Shown piece after piece: positions 46,565 to 56,588 of a stretch of 64,000 nucleotides of DNA. Under the pieces are notes generated by a model. The model saw nothing but the letters and a program-made list of their open reading frames with translations, was not told the DNA's origin and made no database searches. Source of the stretch: Candidatus Woesebacteria bacterium. Its GTDB lineage: Bacteria > Patescibacteriota > Microgenomatia > UBA8517. The stretch is taken from positions 628,790 through 692,789 of the forward strand of contig OY970314.1 of assembly GCA_963716475.1 (NCBI GenBank), in the 5' to 3' direction. The translations under genes were made by a program, and so were the position numbers. Numbering within the stretch: the first letter of the stretch is position 1; each line of letters starts with the position of its first letter.

Positions 46565-49030
46565 CTATATCTTCTGCCAATGATATTGACCCACGGCGGT
46601 GTCCGGGACGATGGTAATGTGATCACCGGGATTAATCTTGCCTTCCAAAACTCCCTTTCCAACAATATCGGACAAATTTAAATCTATAATCCGGCGCATC
46701 GGACGGGCTCCTGATGCAGGATTATAACCTTCTTTAGCCAATTTTTGGCAAAGACCGGAATTAATTTCAAACGAAATGTTTTTGGCAAGAAGATTTCTCC
46801 TAAAGTCCTCCAACTGAAGTCTGGCCACTTCAACCATGTTTTCTGCAGAAAGAGGCTCATAAACAACTACCCCGTCGAAACGGTTGAGAAATTCGGGAGA
46901 AAAATAGCCTTCTGTTTGAACATTATCAATAACATCTTTTTGAAGAGCTTCACCTTTAACCCCCTTGGAAACCAACTGGCGTATATGCTCGGCTCCCGCG
47001 TTGGAAGTAGCAATAACAAATAAATGGCGGCAATTAACTCTTTCACCGGAAGCATCCGTAATGTATCCCTCATCCAATAACGTTAAGAAAAAATTAAATA
47101 TTTCGGGCGGACTTTTCTCTATTTCATCGAGCAGCAACAGACTTGAGGGGTGACTTTTAATGGCAGTTGTCAGCGCTCCCGGTTCATTTTTATCGACAGA
47201 GCCGATTAGCCGGGTAACGCCTTCAGAACCCACAAATTCAGCCATGTCAAAACGGATAATAGCATCCTCACTGCCGTAGTAAACCTGTGCCAAAACTTTG
47301 GCCGTCTGGGTTTTACCTACTCCCGTCGGCCCCAGGAAAAGAAAACTGCCTACGGGCTTTTCCTCACTTTTCCCGCCGACAGTTCTACCCCGAAGACTTT
47401 TGGCAATCAAAGAAACCGCATTTTCCTGGTCGATCAGATTCTTATGAATTATTTCCTCAAGATTAGAAAGTTTTGTTTGCGATTCTCCTGTCAGCCCGGT
47501 CAAAGATATTCCTGTTTTTTCAGTCAGCACCCGGTTGACATCGTCGACAGAAATAGGAGTCGTACCGCTCCTGGCGATAACAACTTCCTCAAGAAGCTCA
47601 AGGGTTTTTTCGGGAAACGGGGTATCGGTAATATACTTATCGCTTCCCTCCAAAACGCGTCTGAGAGCGGGCGAGGTAATAATAATCTTTTTCTCTATTT
47701 CAAGTTTTTGGGCAAAGGCAACCAGTATTGACAAAGCCTCATCTTTACCCGGCGGGGTAACTTCTATCGTCTCAAAATATTTTCTTATTCTGGCATCTTT
47801 AGCCAAAAATTTTTCATAATCGACAGTGGAGGTAACAGCAATAATCTTTAATTTACCGGGTTCAAGAGCTTTTTCTATTACATCCGTAAAATCCAATCCC
47901 TCAACTAATGATGAGGTCAGTCGCTGGATATCCTTTATCACCAAAATTACATTTCCGGCACGACCGGCTTCCTCGATAAGATCGGCGAGTTTGACTTTCT
48001 TTTGGCTCAAATCACTTGAGCCGGAAAGAATCGCCTGGTAATTCAAATCCAAAACACGGCAATAGGATAAAGAAGAATCCAGTTCACCTTTCCAAGCCCG
48101 ATGAACAAACTCATGAATGACAGTCTTCCTACCGACCCCGGGCTGGCCTTCCAGAATAACGCTCTTGCCGGTTTGAAGAACATGGGCCATTCTCATAACA
48201 ACATCCCTTCTTCCCACCAGATGACTGGAGAAAGACGGCATATAGCTAAAATTTTCAGAATAATTATCGAGACCGGGGGTATAGCCGGTCAAAAGTTCAG
48301 AACCGATTCCGGGAAAATCAAACGATGACGTGTTAGACTGTCCGTTATTAAGTGAAGTTTTTCGGAAGTCCCAGCAGTAGGCCGCCAAAAAAATATCTTC
48401 CTTGGTTAAAGACAAAGGACGGAGTTTAGCTTCAACATCCGGATTCACTGAAAAAAGCCATTTAATCAGATCTTCATAGGATTTTACCGAAAGACCGGCT
48501 GAGGCAGCCGGCTCAACTTTTAATCCGGAAATGATAGGGTTAATGTCCACACCCAAATGGGAAAGCAAATACCGGCCGGCTTCGTTTTGGAAAATAGTAT
48601 CAATAGCACGATCCGGATGGCCTTTAATTTTATGCAAAAGATTTTCAATAAGACTGGCCTGACTGCTTTGGTACTTAACATAATCCGGCAAACTCAAAGG
48701 AAAAACGGGGATCCAGATTACAAGCAAAATTAAGCCAAATACTACATCCCCAATCAGAGCTACAAGGCAGAAAACTATCAAAAATAAACGAACTATGGCT
48801 CCGATTGCTCTTGATATCAAATTAAAAGTTATTTCCTGAAAAAATTTGGTGAAATTAAAAATTGACCTTTGCTCAACAGCCAATCTTTTCCACGGGGCAA
48901 AAAAAGATTTGATTAAAACCGGCAGGGCGAAGTAATGAACTATTTTCCGAAAAGAAAGAATCCACCTTTTAAGATAAAGCGGAATGCCATAGAGAAAATG
49001 CCACAGTAAGAAATTCATGGTTAATCTCAA
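46565..49030 (-). CDS. Membrane-anchored ClpA/ClpB-like AAA+ ATPase
   Basis: N-terminal TM region; D1 GQPGVGRKT; D2 GPTGVGKT, LLDEIEK, PEFLNR and GARPMRR. Confidence 0.88.
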   Translation of the reverse strand: MRLTMNFLLWHFLYGIPLYLKRWILSFRKIVHYFALPVLIKSFFAPWKRLAVEQRSIFNFTKFFQEITFNLISRAIGAIVRLFLIVFCLVALIGDVVFGLILLVIWIPVFPLSLPDYVKYQSSQASLIENLLHKIKGHPDRAIDTIFQNEAGRYLLSHLGVDINPIISGLKVEPAASAGLSVKSYEDLIKWLFSVNPDVEAKLRPLSLTKEDIFLAAYCWDFRKTSLNNGQSNTSSFDFPGIGSELLTGYTPGLDNYSENFSYMPSFSSHLVGRRDVVMRMAHVLQTGKSVILEGQPGVGRKTVIHEFVHRAWKGELDSSLSYCRVLDLNYQAILSGSSDLSQKKVKLADLIEEAGRAGNVILVIKDIQRLTSSLVEGLDFTDVIEKALEPGKLKIIAVTSTVDYEKFLAKDARIRKYFETIEVTPPGKDEALSILVAFAQKLEIEKKIIITSPALRRVLEGSDKYITDTPFPEKTLELLEEVVIARSGTTPISVDDVNRVLTEKTGISLTGLTGESQTKLSNLEEIIHKNLIDQENAVSLIAKSLRGRTVGGKSEEKPVGSFLFLGPTGVGKTQTAKVLAQVYYGSEDAIIRFDMAEFVGSEGVTRLIGSVDKNEPGALTTAIKSHPSSLLLLDEIEKSPPEIFNFFLTLLDEGYITDASGERVNCRHLFVIATSNAGAEHIRQLVSKGVKGEALQKDVIDNVQTEGYFSPEFLNRFDGVVVYEPLSAENMVEVARLQLEDFRRNLLAKNISFEINSGLCQKLAKEGYNPASGARPMRRIIDLNLSDIVGKGVLEGKINPGDHITIVPDTAVGQYHWQKI

Positions 49031-49260
49031 TATATCATAGCCACCACCCGGTATCTACGGGACCCCGGTTTTGTGGTATAATAGGACATAGATAATAATT
49101 TTTCGTTAAACAAACTCGTAGCGACTCTCCTCAAAAAAGGCGGGCACGTCAATAAGTATTACCTTCAGGAATGGAACAAAAATAAACACGCCATTGTGTT
49201 TCTTAACGGCTGGGTTTCCGGAAAAAACATCCGTGAGGCCATAACTAAGGCTTTATCATA

Positions 49261-49512
49261 ATGATTACGAGGAACACCAGTATCTGTATCGAATGCGGCA
49301 AACAAAGAATTGTAGTGGGTACGTATGAAGAAAAAGTCGGCAACAGCGTTGTAGTTTATAAAGAGACAATTTGCCCCGATCCCGAGTGTCAAAAAAAGGT
49401 TGAGAAAATACTTGCCAAGGAACTTGAAAAAAGGCAGCAATCTGCACTAAATCAAAAACTAAGGATTGAGGGAAGAAAAATGGCAAAACTTCAGGAAATA
49501 AGAAACATCTAG
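49261..49512 (+). CDS. Small zinc-ribbon protein
   Basis: CIECGK...CPDPECQ followed by a charged helix. Confidence 0.7.
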   Translation: MITRNTSICIECGKQRIVVGTYEEKVGNSVVVYKETICPDPECQKKVEKILAKELEKRQQSALNQKLRIEGRKMAKLQEIRNI

Positions 49513-49514
49513 GG

Positions 49515-50549
49515 TCAGCCCGTTATTACCTTCAGTTTAGGAATTTTGTGAAGAACAAAGGCGATTAAAAAAGATACGCTAACGGTGACTCCAAAAAATA
49601 GCGGGTCAAAAAGTAATTTACTGAATGTATTTCCGCTAAAGAACATGAATAAGCTTTTTCCGAATAATGTCCATGATATCTCGAGAATAATTACATGAAT
49701 GAGAAAAACAAGAAAGGAAAGTTTGGAGAATTTATCCGTCAGGGAAAATTGAAACTCCTTTTTTTCAAAGAGAAAGAAAAGAACCAAGCCAATAAGAGTC
49801 GTGTAAATTAGCGTGCTGGGACGCCACTGGGAATAATAGTAAAAAGTATTTCCCGTTACCAAAAAACGGCTAAAACCTTCCCAATAAACATAAATTCCTG
49901 CCAACATTGCAGCGGGAAACAGAAAATATTTCCATTTATTTACGACCGCTTGTATCCGGTCTTTATTACGCGCAGCGATAATACCGGTTACAAAAAAGAA
50001 GTAAGCAAGTATTGCGATATGAATGGGATCGGCAAATTTAAATTCCGTTACATAATAGTCAATGTATAAAAGCAAGGTCTGGGAAATAAGAAGCAAAGCA
50101 TAAACCCATTTGTTGGAAATAATTTTGTAAATTCTGTGCAGGAACGGAAAAATCAGATAAAAAATACAAAGTGTGGGAATAAAATACAGCTGATATGAAG
50201 CATCCCCTTTAGCAAGCACCAGGAAAAAATTTTCCCGGTTTTGGCTGTAAATAAACAGGTAGTATATAGCACTCCAAAAAACATAGGGGACAAAAATTCT
50301 TGAGAATCTTTTTTTAAAATAAGAAACATAACCCGAGATCCGGTCAAAACTGATCTCGAGAACAAATCCGGACATCATAAAGAAAAGGGGCACGGCAAAT
50401 CTGGCGATCTGGTTCAGAAATAAAGTTACGGGGAAACCCGCCAAATTAAATTTCGCGGCCTCAAGGGTTCGCGTTGTTGTGTGAATAAGGATAACTGCCA
50501 AAATAGAAAGTGTCCTTATGGAATCGATCGATTTTACATACTGCTTCAT
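49515..50549 (-). CDS. Acyltransferase family 3 (OafA/WecH-like)
   Basis: ID.IR...ILAV..IH, RFAVPLFFM.SG and KKRFSRIFVPY. Confidence 0.9.
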   Translation of the reverse strand: MKQYVKSIDSIRTLSILAVILIHTTTRTLEAAKFNLAGFPVTLFLNQIARFAVPLFFMMSGFVLEISFDRISGYVSYFKKRFSRIFVPYVFWSAIYYLFIYSQNRENFFLVLAKGDASYQLYFIPTLCIFYLIFPFLHRIYKIISNKWVYALLLISQTLLLYIDYYVTEFKFADPIHIAILAYFFFVTGIIAARNKDRIQAVVNKWKYFLFPAAMLAGIYVYWEGFSRFLVTGNTFYYYSQWRPSTLIYTTLIGLVLFFLFEKKEFQFSLTDKFSKLSFLVFLIHVIILEISWTLFGKSLFMFFSGNTFSKLLFDPLFFGVTVSVSFLIAFVLHKIPKLKVITG

Positions 50550-50558
50550 ATCCGGAGA

Positions 50559-51569
50559 TTATTTCAGATAGCGGTTAAAAAAGTCAATTGTTCTTTTCAT
50601 GGCCAAGTCAAAATCCTGATTTATGTCGTGGTTGCTACCGGGGTATTTGTAATACTCGATCTTTTTACCCAATATTTTCAGCTCATCATAAAGTACTTCC
50701 GAAAAAACGGGCGGAACCTGATTATCGGCTAGTCCTACATCTATTTGAACAGGAGCCAAAACATCATTCAAAAAATATGTAGGATCACAAGAGTTCCAAA
50801 AATCAGGATTTGTAGCCGGAGTACCATAAAGACCGATCAGAACATCCTTATTCTTATTTCGTAACATCAGATCTTCTGCATCGGGTTTATAAGTAACTTT
50901 ATTTTCCCAATTATAGATTATGTCATTGTACGAACTAACTACCCCTCCCCAAATTACTGCAGCTTTAATATCAGTCGTATCGATTACAAGATCCCGAAGG
51001 GTAATTGCGCCCCCCATTGAGTGGCCCCAAACTCCTATCCTGGTCGGATCGGCTGCAAAATATTTCTTTACAGAGGCAATGGCGTTCAAATCATCCACTG
51101 TATAATCGGGAGAGTAAAATGCACTGGTCGGGCTTCCTTCAGACTTCCCGTTACCCCGATAGTTTGGCTTAAAAACTATATAGCCGTTTTTAGCAAAGGC
51201 ATCAGCCTGGGGAATGTAGTTGCCGTCCGGCGTATATTTTTCCGGGATGATATAGCCGTGATTTAAAATAATTACCGGCCAGCCCTGGGCCGGTTTAACT
51301 CCTTTGGGAACAAGAAGGAGGGCATAAATCTTTAGGCCGTCCGATTTATACGATGAAATATAGCGGTTGTAGCTACTCGCAGGTGATAGCGTCTCTTCAA
51401 TTACAATATTACTTCCGGGGTAATCCCAGCCTCTCATCGCCTGAATAGTTAAAGGGTTAAGGGCAGCAGAAGTTTGTTGAATGGCTACCGGTTGGGGGGA
51501 ATGAAAAATCCCGGTGATAAGGGCAATAAACGCCAGAAAATTGGAAATTATATATTGGGCAGTTTCCAC
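50559..51569 (-). CDS. Secreted alpha/beta hydrolase (S9 peptidase-like)
   Basis: HGY, YRGNG.SEG, GHSMGG nucleophile, D.QVP and H; GTG start lies 6 nt after TATAAT. Confidence 0.88.
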   Translation of the reverse strand: METAQYIISNFLAFIALITGIFHSPQPVAIQQTSAALNPLTIQAMRGWDYPGSNIVIEETLSPASSYNRYISSYKSDGLKIYALLLVPKGVKPAQGWPVIILNHGYIIPEKYTPDGNYIPQADAFAKNGYIVFKPNYRGNGKSEGSPTSAFYSPDYTVDDLNAIASVKKYFAADPTRIGVWGHSMGGAITLRDLVIDTTDIKAAVIWGGVVSSYNDIIYNWENKVTYKPDAEDLMLRNKNKDVLIGLYGTPATNPDFWNSCDPTYFLNDVLAPVQIDVGLADNQVPPVFSEVLYDELKILGKKIEYYKYPGSNHDINQDFDLAMKRTIDFFNRYLK

Positions 51570-51620
51570 TTCTTGATTATATATCAAGAAATACACACTA
51601 ATGCGTGTATACTGATTGAA

Positions 51621-52280
51621 TTGAATACAAGTAGTGCCCTTTATTGGTTTGGCGGAAAATTGGTAAAAGTTTATTCAAAAATAATGCTTCGGATGAGTGT
51701 AGTTTCACACTTCCCCATGCCCACCGGGGCCAAAATAATTGTTGCCAACCACCCGACAGGAACTGATCCTTTTGTAATATTTTCAATTATGAAAGTTAAG
51801 GTGAGTATACTTATTGTCAATCTTGCTTTTAAAGTCCCTATATTCGGCAGATATATTGATTACATCGGACATATTCCTGTGAATAATAAAAAGGCGTATT
51901 TGGCTTTTAAAAAGGCGCTTAAAATTTTAAAAGACGGCGGAACTGTTGTAATTTTCATTGAGGGCGGCATAAGTCCCTTTGCCGACGTTTTTTTAAAACC
52001 GAGGACCGGTCCCGTTCGTTTAGCACTCGAAACGGGTGCTTCAATTGTACCAATCGGAATAGGAATCAAATATGCAAATATCAGAAATATATCTGCAACG
52101 ATTTCTGATGTTAATGCCTTCGGCAAATGGTACTTTCACGGTCCTTATGCTGTTACCATCGGCAAATCGATAAAATTATCAGGAAATGTTAAAAATAGGT
52201 CTCTCGTAAGAAATTTGTCCAACCGTATTATGGGCAGAATAAAAAAATTGGCCACAGAAAGCTCGTCCAGAGTTGCATAG
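51621..52280 (+). CDS. plsC: Lysophospholipid acyltransferase (PlsC-like)
   Basis: NHPTGTD (HX4D), FIEGG and IVPIGI; TTG start lies 7 nt after TATACT. Confidence 0.8.
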   Translation: MNTSSALYWFGGKLVKVYSKIMLRMSVVSHFPMPTGAKIIVANHPTGTDPFVIFSIMKVKVSILIVNLAFKVPIFGRYIDYIGHIPVNNKKAYLAFKKALKILKDGGTVVIFIEGGISPFADVFLKPRTGPVRLALETGASIVPIGIGIKYANIRNISATISDVNAFGKWYFHGPYAVTIGKSIKLSGNVKNRSLVRNLSNRIMGRIKKLATESSSRVA

Positions 52281-52298
52281 TGGTGGTAGGATAATTAT

Positions 52299-52739
52299 AT
52301 GGAAGCAAAAGACTTTGAGCTACCAGATCAGGACGGAAAAATTCATAAATTGTCCGATTACAAGGGTAAATGGGTAGTGCTTTATTTTTACCCCAAGGAC
52401 GATACGCCCGGTTGCACTAAAGAGGCGTGCAATTTCAGAGATTCAATCGCTAAATTTCAGAAACTTGGGGTAGTTATTTTGGGCGTTTCCAAAGATTCGG
52501 TAGCCTCGCATAAAAAATTCGCAGAAAAATACCATCTGAACTTCCCGATTTTATCCGATGAGTCGAAAAATGTAATAAAAGAATACAAGTCCTGGGGAAT
52601 AAAAAAATTCATGGGCAGGCAGTTTGAAGGAACAATCCGGAATACTTATTTGATAGATCCCAAAGGCAAGATAAATAAAGTTTATGAAAAGGTCAATCCG
52701 CTCTCCCACTCCGAACAAATCCTGAAAGATTTAGAATAG
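52299..52739 (+). CDS. bcp: Thioredoxin-dependent thiol peroxidase
   Basis: YFYPKDDTPGCTKEACNFRD. Confidence 0.96.
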   Translation: MEAKDFELPDQDGKIHKLSDYKGKWVVLYFYPKDDTPGCTKEACNFRDSIAKFQKLGVVILGVSKDSVASHKKFAEKYHLNFPILSDESKNVIKEYKSWGIKKFMGRQFEGTIRNTYLIDPKGKINKVYEKVNPLSHSEQILKDLE

Positions 52740-52751
52740 ACCGTCTTGACG

Positions 52752-53006
52752 CTAGGAAATATCCTTTTTCATATCCAAAAACTCTTTTTTGGTGATTTCG
52801 CCTTTTGCATATCTTTTCTTCAAAATATCCAAGGGACTTCCTATATTATCCTCGCCGTCAATTTCTTCCTTATCTCTTCCGCTTTTGACAAACCATTTGA
52901 TAAGGCCCACGACGACAAAAACTACAAGGATCCAAAAAATAAGGCCGAAGACCCAGCCGAAAGCCAACATCGGCCTGTATGTATTCCATCCATAGTAACC
53001 CATCAT
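52752..53006 (-). CDS. SHOCT domain membrane protein
   Basis: MMG..GW, one TM and LDILKKRYAKGEITKKEF. Confidence 0.88.
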   Translation of the reverse strand: MMGYYGWNTYRPMLAFGWVFGLIFWILVVFVVVGLIKWFVKSGRDKEEIDGEDNIGSPLDILKKRYAKGEITKKEFLDMKKDIS

Positions 53007-53109
53007 AATCTTCTCACTTCCTTTGACTGCAAATTCTAAATAAATAATCTGAGAATATCCTTAAGATATTGCTTAATTTTTCAGATACTGTTAAGTTATT
53101 CGTATTACT

Positions 53110-53694
53110 GTGAGAGTAATTACTATTAAAAAGAAAGTATTCGGCGATTTAGACGTACGCGGGAATGATTATTCAGATACTACATTCCGTTCCTGCAAAT
53201 TCATAGGCTTGACTTTTAAATTTTGCAATTTCAGCGGTTGCGTTTTTGAAAATTGCGATTTTTCCGAAAGTATTTTTGAATCGGTGGGATTCTCCAACTG
53301 TAAATTTCCTTCGAGTAAACTAAGCAACATTGATTTCGGAAGCACCACAGTTACTGCCTGTGATTTTACAACGGCAGTTTCCGAAAATTGCGTTTTCCAA
53401 AAGTTAAAAGGAGGCAGCAAAAGCGAGAGGAAAAATTTGGATTTAAGACTCAGTAATTTTGAGGGTGCCAATTTAAGCGGAACCATATTTGTTATGTGTA
53501 ACTTGAAAAAGGTTAATTTCCAGAAGTCAGTTCTTGAAAACGCTGTTTTTGAAAGATGTAATCTTGAAGAAAGTGATTTCACTCAAGCGAGAGTCGCCGG
53601 CTGCGGATTCACAGACTGCCAAATCAAAAAAACTTATCTGGACATGAACGGTTTTTTAGACTACGGAAGCTCCAAGGGATTTGAATTAAGGTAA
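53110..53694 (+). CDS. Pentapeptide repeat protein
   Basis: Tandem (C/S).F.. pentapeptides throughout. Confidence 0.9.
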   Translation: MRVITIKKKVFGDLDVRGNDYSDTTFRSCKFIGLTFKFCNFSGCVFENCDFSESIFESVGFSNCKFPSSKLSNIDFGSTTVTACDFTTAVSENCVFQKLKGGSKSERKNLDLRLSNFEGANLSGTIFVMCNLKKVNFQKSVLENAVFERCNLEESDFTQARVAGCGFTDCQIKKTYLDMNGFLDYGSSKGFELR

Positions 53695-53697
53695 CGT

Positions 53698-53723
53698 TTA
53701 CTAATTCATCGATGAATTAGTAA
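53698..53723. repeat. 26-bp perfect palindrome upstream of the TrpR-like gene
   Basis: ttactAATTCATCGATGAATTagtaa. Confidence 0.9.
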
Positions 53724-53760
53724 TAGATACAACGGGATACATCGACTAGAATAGATTGTC

Positions 53761-54213
53761 ATGGCTAGAGTCTCAAAAGTAATAATTGACAAAAATCTTG
53801 AGAAAGAAATTTTTAGTCAATTTTGGAATTCACTCGCAAAAATAAACGATTCAGGTAAAACATCCGAATTTTTCTCCGATCTATTATCTGAGACAGAAAA
53901 GCTAATGCTCGCTAAAAGATTTACCACCGCCATTCTCATCGTAAGGGGTAGGTCGGCTACAGAAATTAGAAACGCAATTCATCTGTCTTACTCAACCATT
54001 GGAACGGTTGCCGCTTGGGTCAAAAACGGAAAACCTACCACAAAAGGGATACTTAATAAAATTTCAACTGAGAAAAATTGGGAATCGGTATTAGACAAAA
54101 TAGATGAAATCTTGGATAAAATTCCGCCCAGAAGACACTCGGATTGGAAGAAAGAATATGCAATGAAAAGAGAAAGAACAAATCAAAGACTTACTAGAAA
54201 ATCCCTTCGCTAA
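53761..54213 (+). CDS. TrpR/YerC-YecD-like helix-turn-helix protein
   Basis: FFSDLLSETEKLMLAKRF...G.S..EI...LS.STI. Confidence 0.8.
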   Translation: MARVSKVIIDKNLEKEIFSQFWNSLAKINDSGKTSEFFSDLLSETEKLMLAKRFTTAILIVRGRSATEIRNAIHLSYSTIGTVAAWVKNGKPTTKGILNKISTEKNWESVLDKIDEILDKIPPRRHSDWKKEYAMKRERTNQRLTRKSLR

Positions 54214-54219
54214 TCAACC

Positions 54220-54241
54220 ATCAATTCATCGATGAATTGAT
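54220..54241. repeat. 22-bp perfect palindrome downstream of the TrpR-like gene
   Basis: atcAATTCATCGATGAATTgat; same 16-bp core as 53698-53723. Confidence 0.9.
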
Positions 54242-54266
54242 ACTAAAACCGAAAAGTAAAAAATAA

Positions 54267-54659
54267 TTAGCGGTGGTCGTAAAAATCTATTGCAAATCTT
54301 TTAGCTAAATCTATCTGGTCCTCGGTAGCATCTGTGTCGCCGGAGATAATCCCCTTTAAGCCCTTTTTAATGTCCTCTATTTTTTCAAATTTATGTCCCA
54401 ATTCCAAAAATTCTAATGCATTATCGAGATGCCTTGAACCGGGGTAGGGGTGTAGAATCCCCTGTTTCAGATCACTGAAAAATTTCCTGCCTTGATCTTT
54501 GCCCTTTATTACTGAATCGAAATATCCATCAACGGATGAAAGAATGTCTCCGTCCGGAGGATAAAATGCCTCACCCGCTTTATTTTTGGATGTTTTACCG
54601 AGGATCACGCGATCGTAAAGCAAACCTTGCGAGAGACTAGCTTCTAATTCTGGTGCCAC
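54267..54659 (-). CDS. Hypothetical protein
   Basis: 130-aa ORF; TAGAAT lies just upstream of GTG. Confidence 0.55.
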   Translation of the reverse strand: MAPELEASLSQGLLYDRVILGKTSKNKAGEAFYPPDGDILSSVDGYFDSVIKGKDQGRKFFSDLKQGILHPYPGSRHLDNALEFLELGHKFEKIEDIKKGLKGIISGDTDATEDQIDLAKRFAIDFYDHR

Positions 54660-54702
54660 GAGCTGATTCTATGCCTTTTAATAAAGTTGTCAACGACCGT
54701 GC

Positions 54703-55902
54703 CTATTCATACTTCAGGGCCTCGATAGGGTTAAGCTTGCTTGCACGGGCGGCCGGAGCAACTCCAAAAATTATTCCTATTGCCGCCGAAACCCCGAAGG
54801 CCAGAGCTACCGACCAAAAAGTAACCGTTGTGGTAATAAACTGATTAATCACAAGAGATCCCAAAAATCCGATTGCAACACCGATCCCTCCACCGGAGAC
54901 AGACAAGGCAACCGATTCAATAAGGAATTGAACCAAGATGTCGCGGGGTTTAGCTCCGACCGCTTTTCTAAGCCCGATTTCGCGAGTTCTTTCGGTAACG
55001 CTTACCAGCATAATATTCATAATTCCGACGCCACCTACCACGAGAGAAATTGCCGCGATTCCCCCAAGGGCAAAGGTCACAACCCCCAAAATTTGGTTAA
55101 TTGTTGCAACAAGTGATGAAGAGTCAACTACGGAAAACTCATCTTCTTTCAGACGTTTACCCAGTTCCTTTTTAACCAGGGTCGTTGCTAATGCGATACT
55201 GTCTTTATCCGTAACCTTGACTGCTATCGCCTGAACACTTTTCATCCCGAAAAGTTGTTGCGCAGTTGTTAGGGGAAGTACTACAAAACTATTGATGTCA
55301 ATTCCGAGTCCGCCCGAAGCGATTTTACTCAAAACCCCGACCACTTGAAATTTTTGTTTACCCATCGTTACCTGCTTACCGATCGGATTTGACCCGCCAA
55401 AAAGTGAGTCAACAAGTCCGGGACCAATATCCGCAACATTTCGTCCTACCGTATTATCCGAATCGGATATCATACGCCCTTCAGATACCGACAAATTTCT
55501 CATTTTCTGATATTCGGCAGTCACCCCGGCCGCGGTCGTATATTTCGACTTTCCTAAATATGAAACCGTCATTGGCATTTCAATCCCGGCTCCGACCGAT
55601 TCGATTACCCCATCCAAGCGTTGCAATTTATCAACGTCCGATAGCGTCAGCTTACTACCCGCTAAGTTCGGGCCTGTAATGGCTCCTCCCTGGCCCACTT
55701 TTCCGGGGATAACCATAATCAAGTTGCTTCCCAGCATTTCGAACTGTTGGGTGATGTAGCTTTGCAAACCCTGTCCGATAGAAACAAGAAGTATAACCGC
55801 AGAAACTCCGATAATAATTCCGAGCATGGTCAGAATTGACCTGCTTTTATTGCGGAGTAAACTTCTGACCGCGAGCCTTGTAATTTCGCTTATCGGTATC
55901 AT
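54703..55902 (-). CDS. MacB/FtsX-like ABC permease
   Basis: RSILTMLGIIIGV and GIMNIMLVSVTERTREIGLRKAVGA. Confidence 0.95.
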   Translation of the reverse strand: MIPISEITRLAVRSLLRNKSRSILTMLGIIIGVSAVILLVSIGQGLQSYITQQFEMLGSNLIMVIPGKVGQGGAITGPNLAGSKLTLSDVDKLQRLDGVIESVGAGIEMPMTVSYLGKSKYTTAAGVTAEYQKMRNLSVSEGRMISDSDNTVGRNVADIGPGLVDSLFGGSNPIGKQVTMGKQKFQVVGVLSKIASGGLGIDINSFVVLPLTTAQQLFGMKSVQAIAVKVTDKDSIALATTLVKKELGKRLKEDEFSVVDSSSLVATINQILGVVTFALGGIAAISLVVGGVGIMNIMLVSVTERTREIGLRKAVGAKPRDILVQFLIESVALSVSGGGIGVAIGFLGSLVINQFITTTVTFWSVALAFGVSAAIGIIFGVAPAARASKLNPIEALKYE

Positions 55903-56588
55903 TATGTTTTTTTGTCGGAAATAATCAGACCGTCTTTAATTTCGACGATTCTTTCGGCTTCTTCGGCAATTTCTCTTTCATGAGTAACAACAACAATCGT
56001 ATTTCCTTTTTTGTTCAAATCTTTAAGGAGATCTATTATTTCCTCCCCCGCGCGGCTGTCCAAGTTTCCCGTCGGTTCATCAGCCAGAATCAGACTTGGC
56101 CGGGTTACCAATGCCCGGGCAATGGCAACTCTTTGCTGTTGGCCTCCGGAAAGCTGTGCAGGAGTGTGATTAATGCGCTCCTCGAGTCCGACGGTTCGCA
56201 AAGCCTCTTCGGCTCTTTTTCTTCTTTCGCTTGCTGATATATTTGAATAAATCAAAGGCAGTTCAACATTCTCCAGTGCCGAAGTTTTGGGCAGTAAATT
56301 AAAAGCCTGAAAGACAAATCCTATATGTTTATTCCGAAGCTCAGCCAATTTTTCTTCCGGAAGTTTCTCCACATCACTCCCTTCAAGTTTAACCACACCG
56401 GTTGATGGCTGATCCAGAATTCCGATAATATGCATCAGCGTTGATTTACCCGACCCGGAAGGACCTATTATTGCCACAAATTCTCCTTCCTTTATTTCAA
56501 TGTCTATCCCTCTTAACGCGGAAACTTCAACGTCATCCCCCAATTTATAAGTTTTTGTAACTTTTGAAAGAGAAATTAAAGAAGTCAT
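55902..56588 (-). CDS. LolD/MacB-like ABC ATPase
   Basis: [17 protein letters not shown] and ADEPTGNLD. Confidence 0.95.
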   Translation of the reverse strand: MTSLISLSKVTKTYKLGDDVEVSALRGIDIEIKEGEFVAIIGPSGSGKSTLMHIIGILDQPSTGVVKLEGSDVEKLPEEKLAELRNKHIGFVFQAFNLLPKTSALENVELPLIYSNISASERRKRAEEALRTVGLEERINHTPAQLSGGQQQRVAIARALVTRPSLILADEPTGNLDSRAGEEIIDLLKDLNKKGNTIVVVTHEREIAEEAERIVEIKDGLIISDKKT

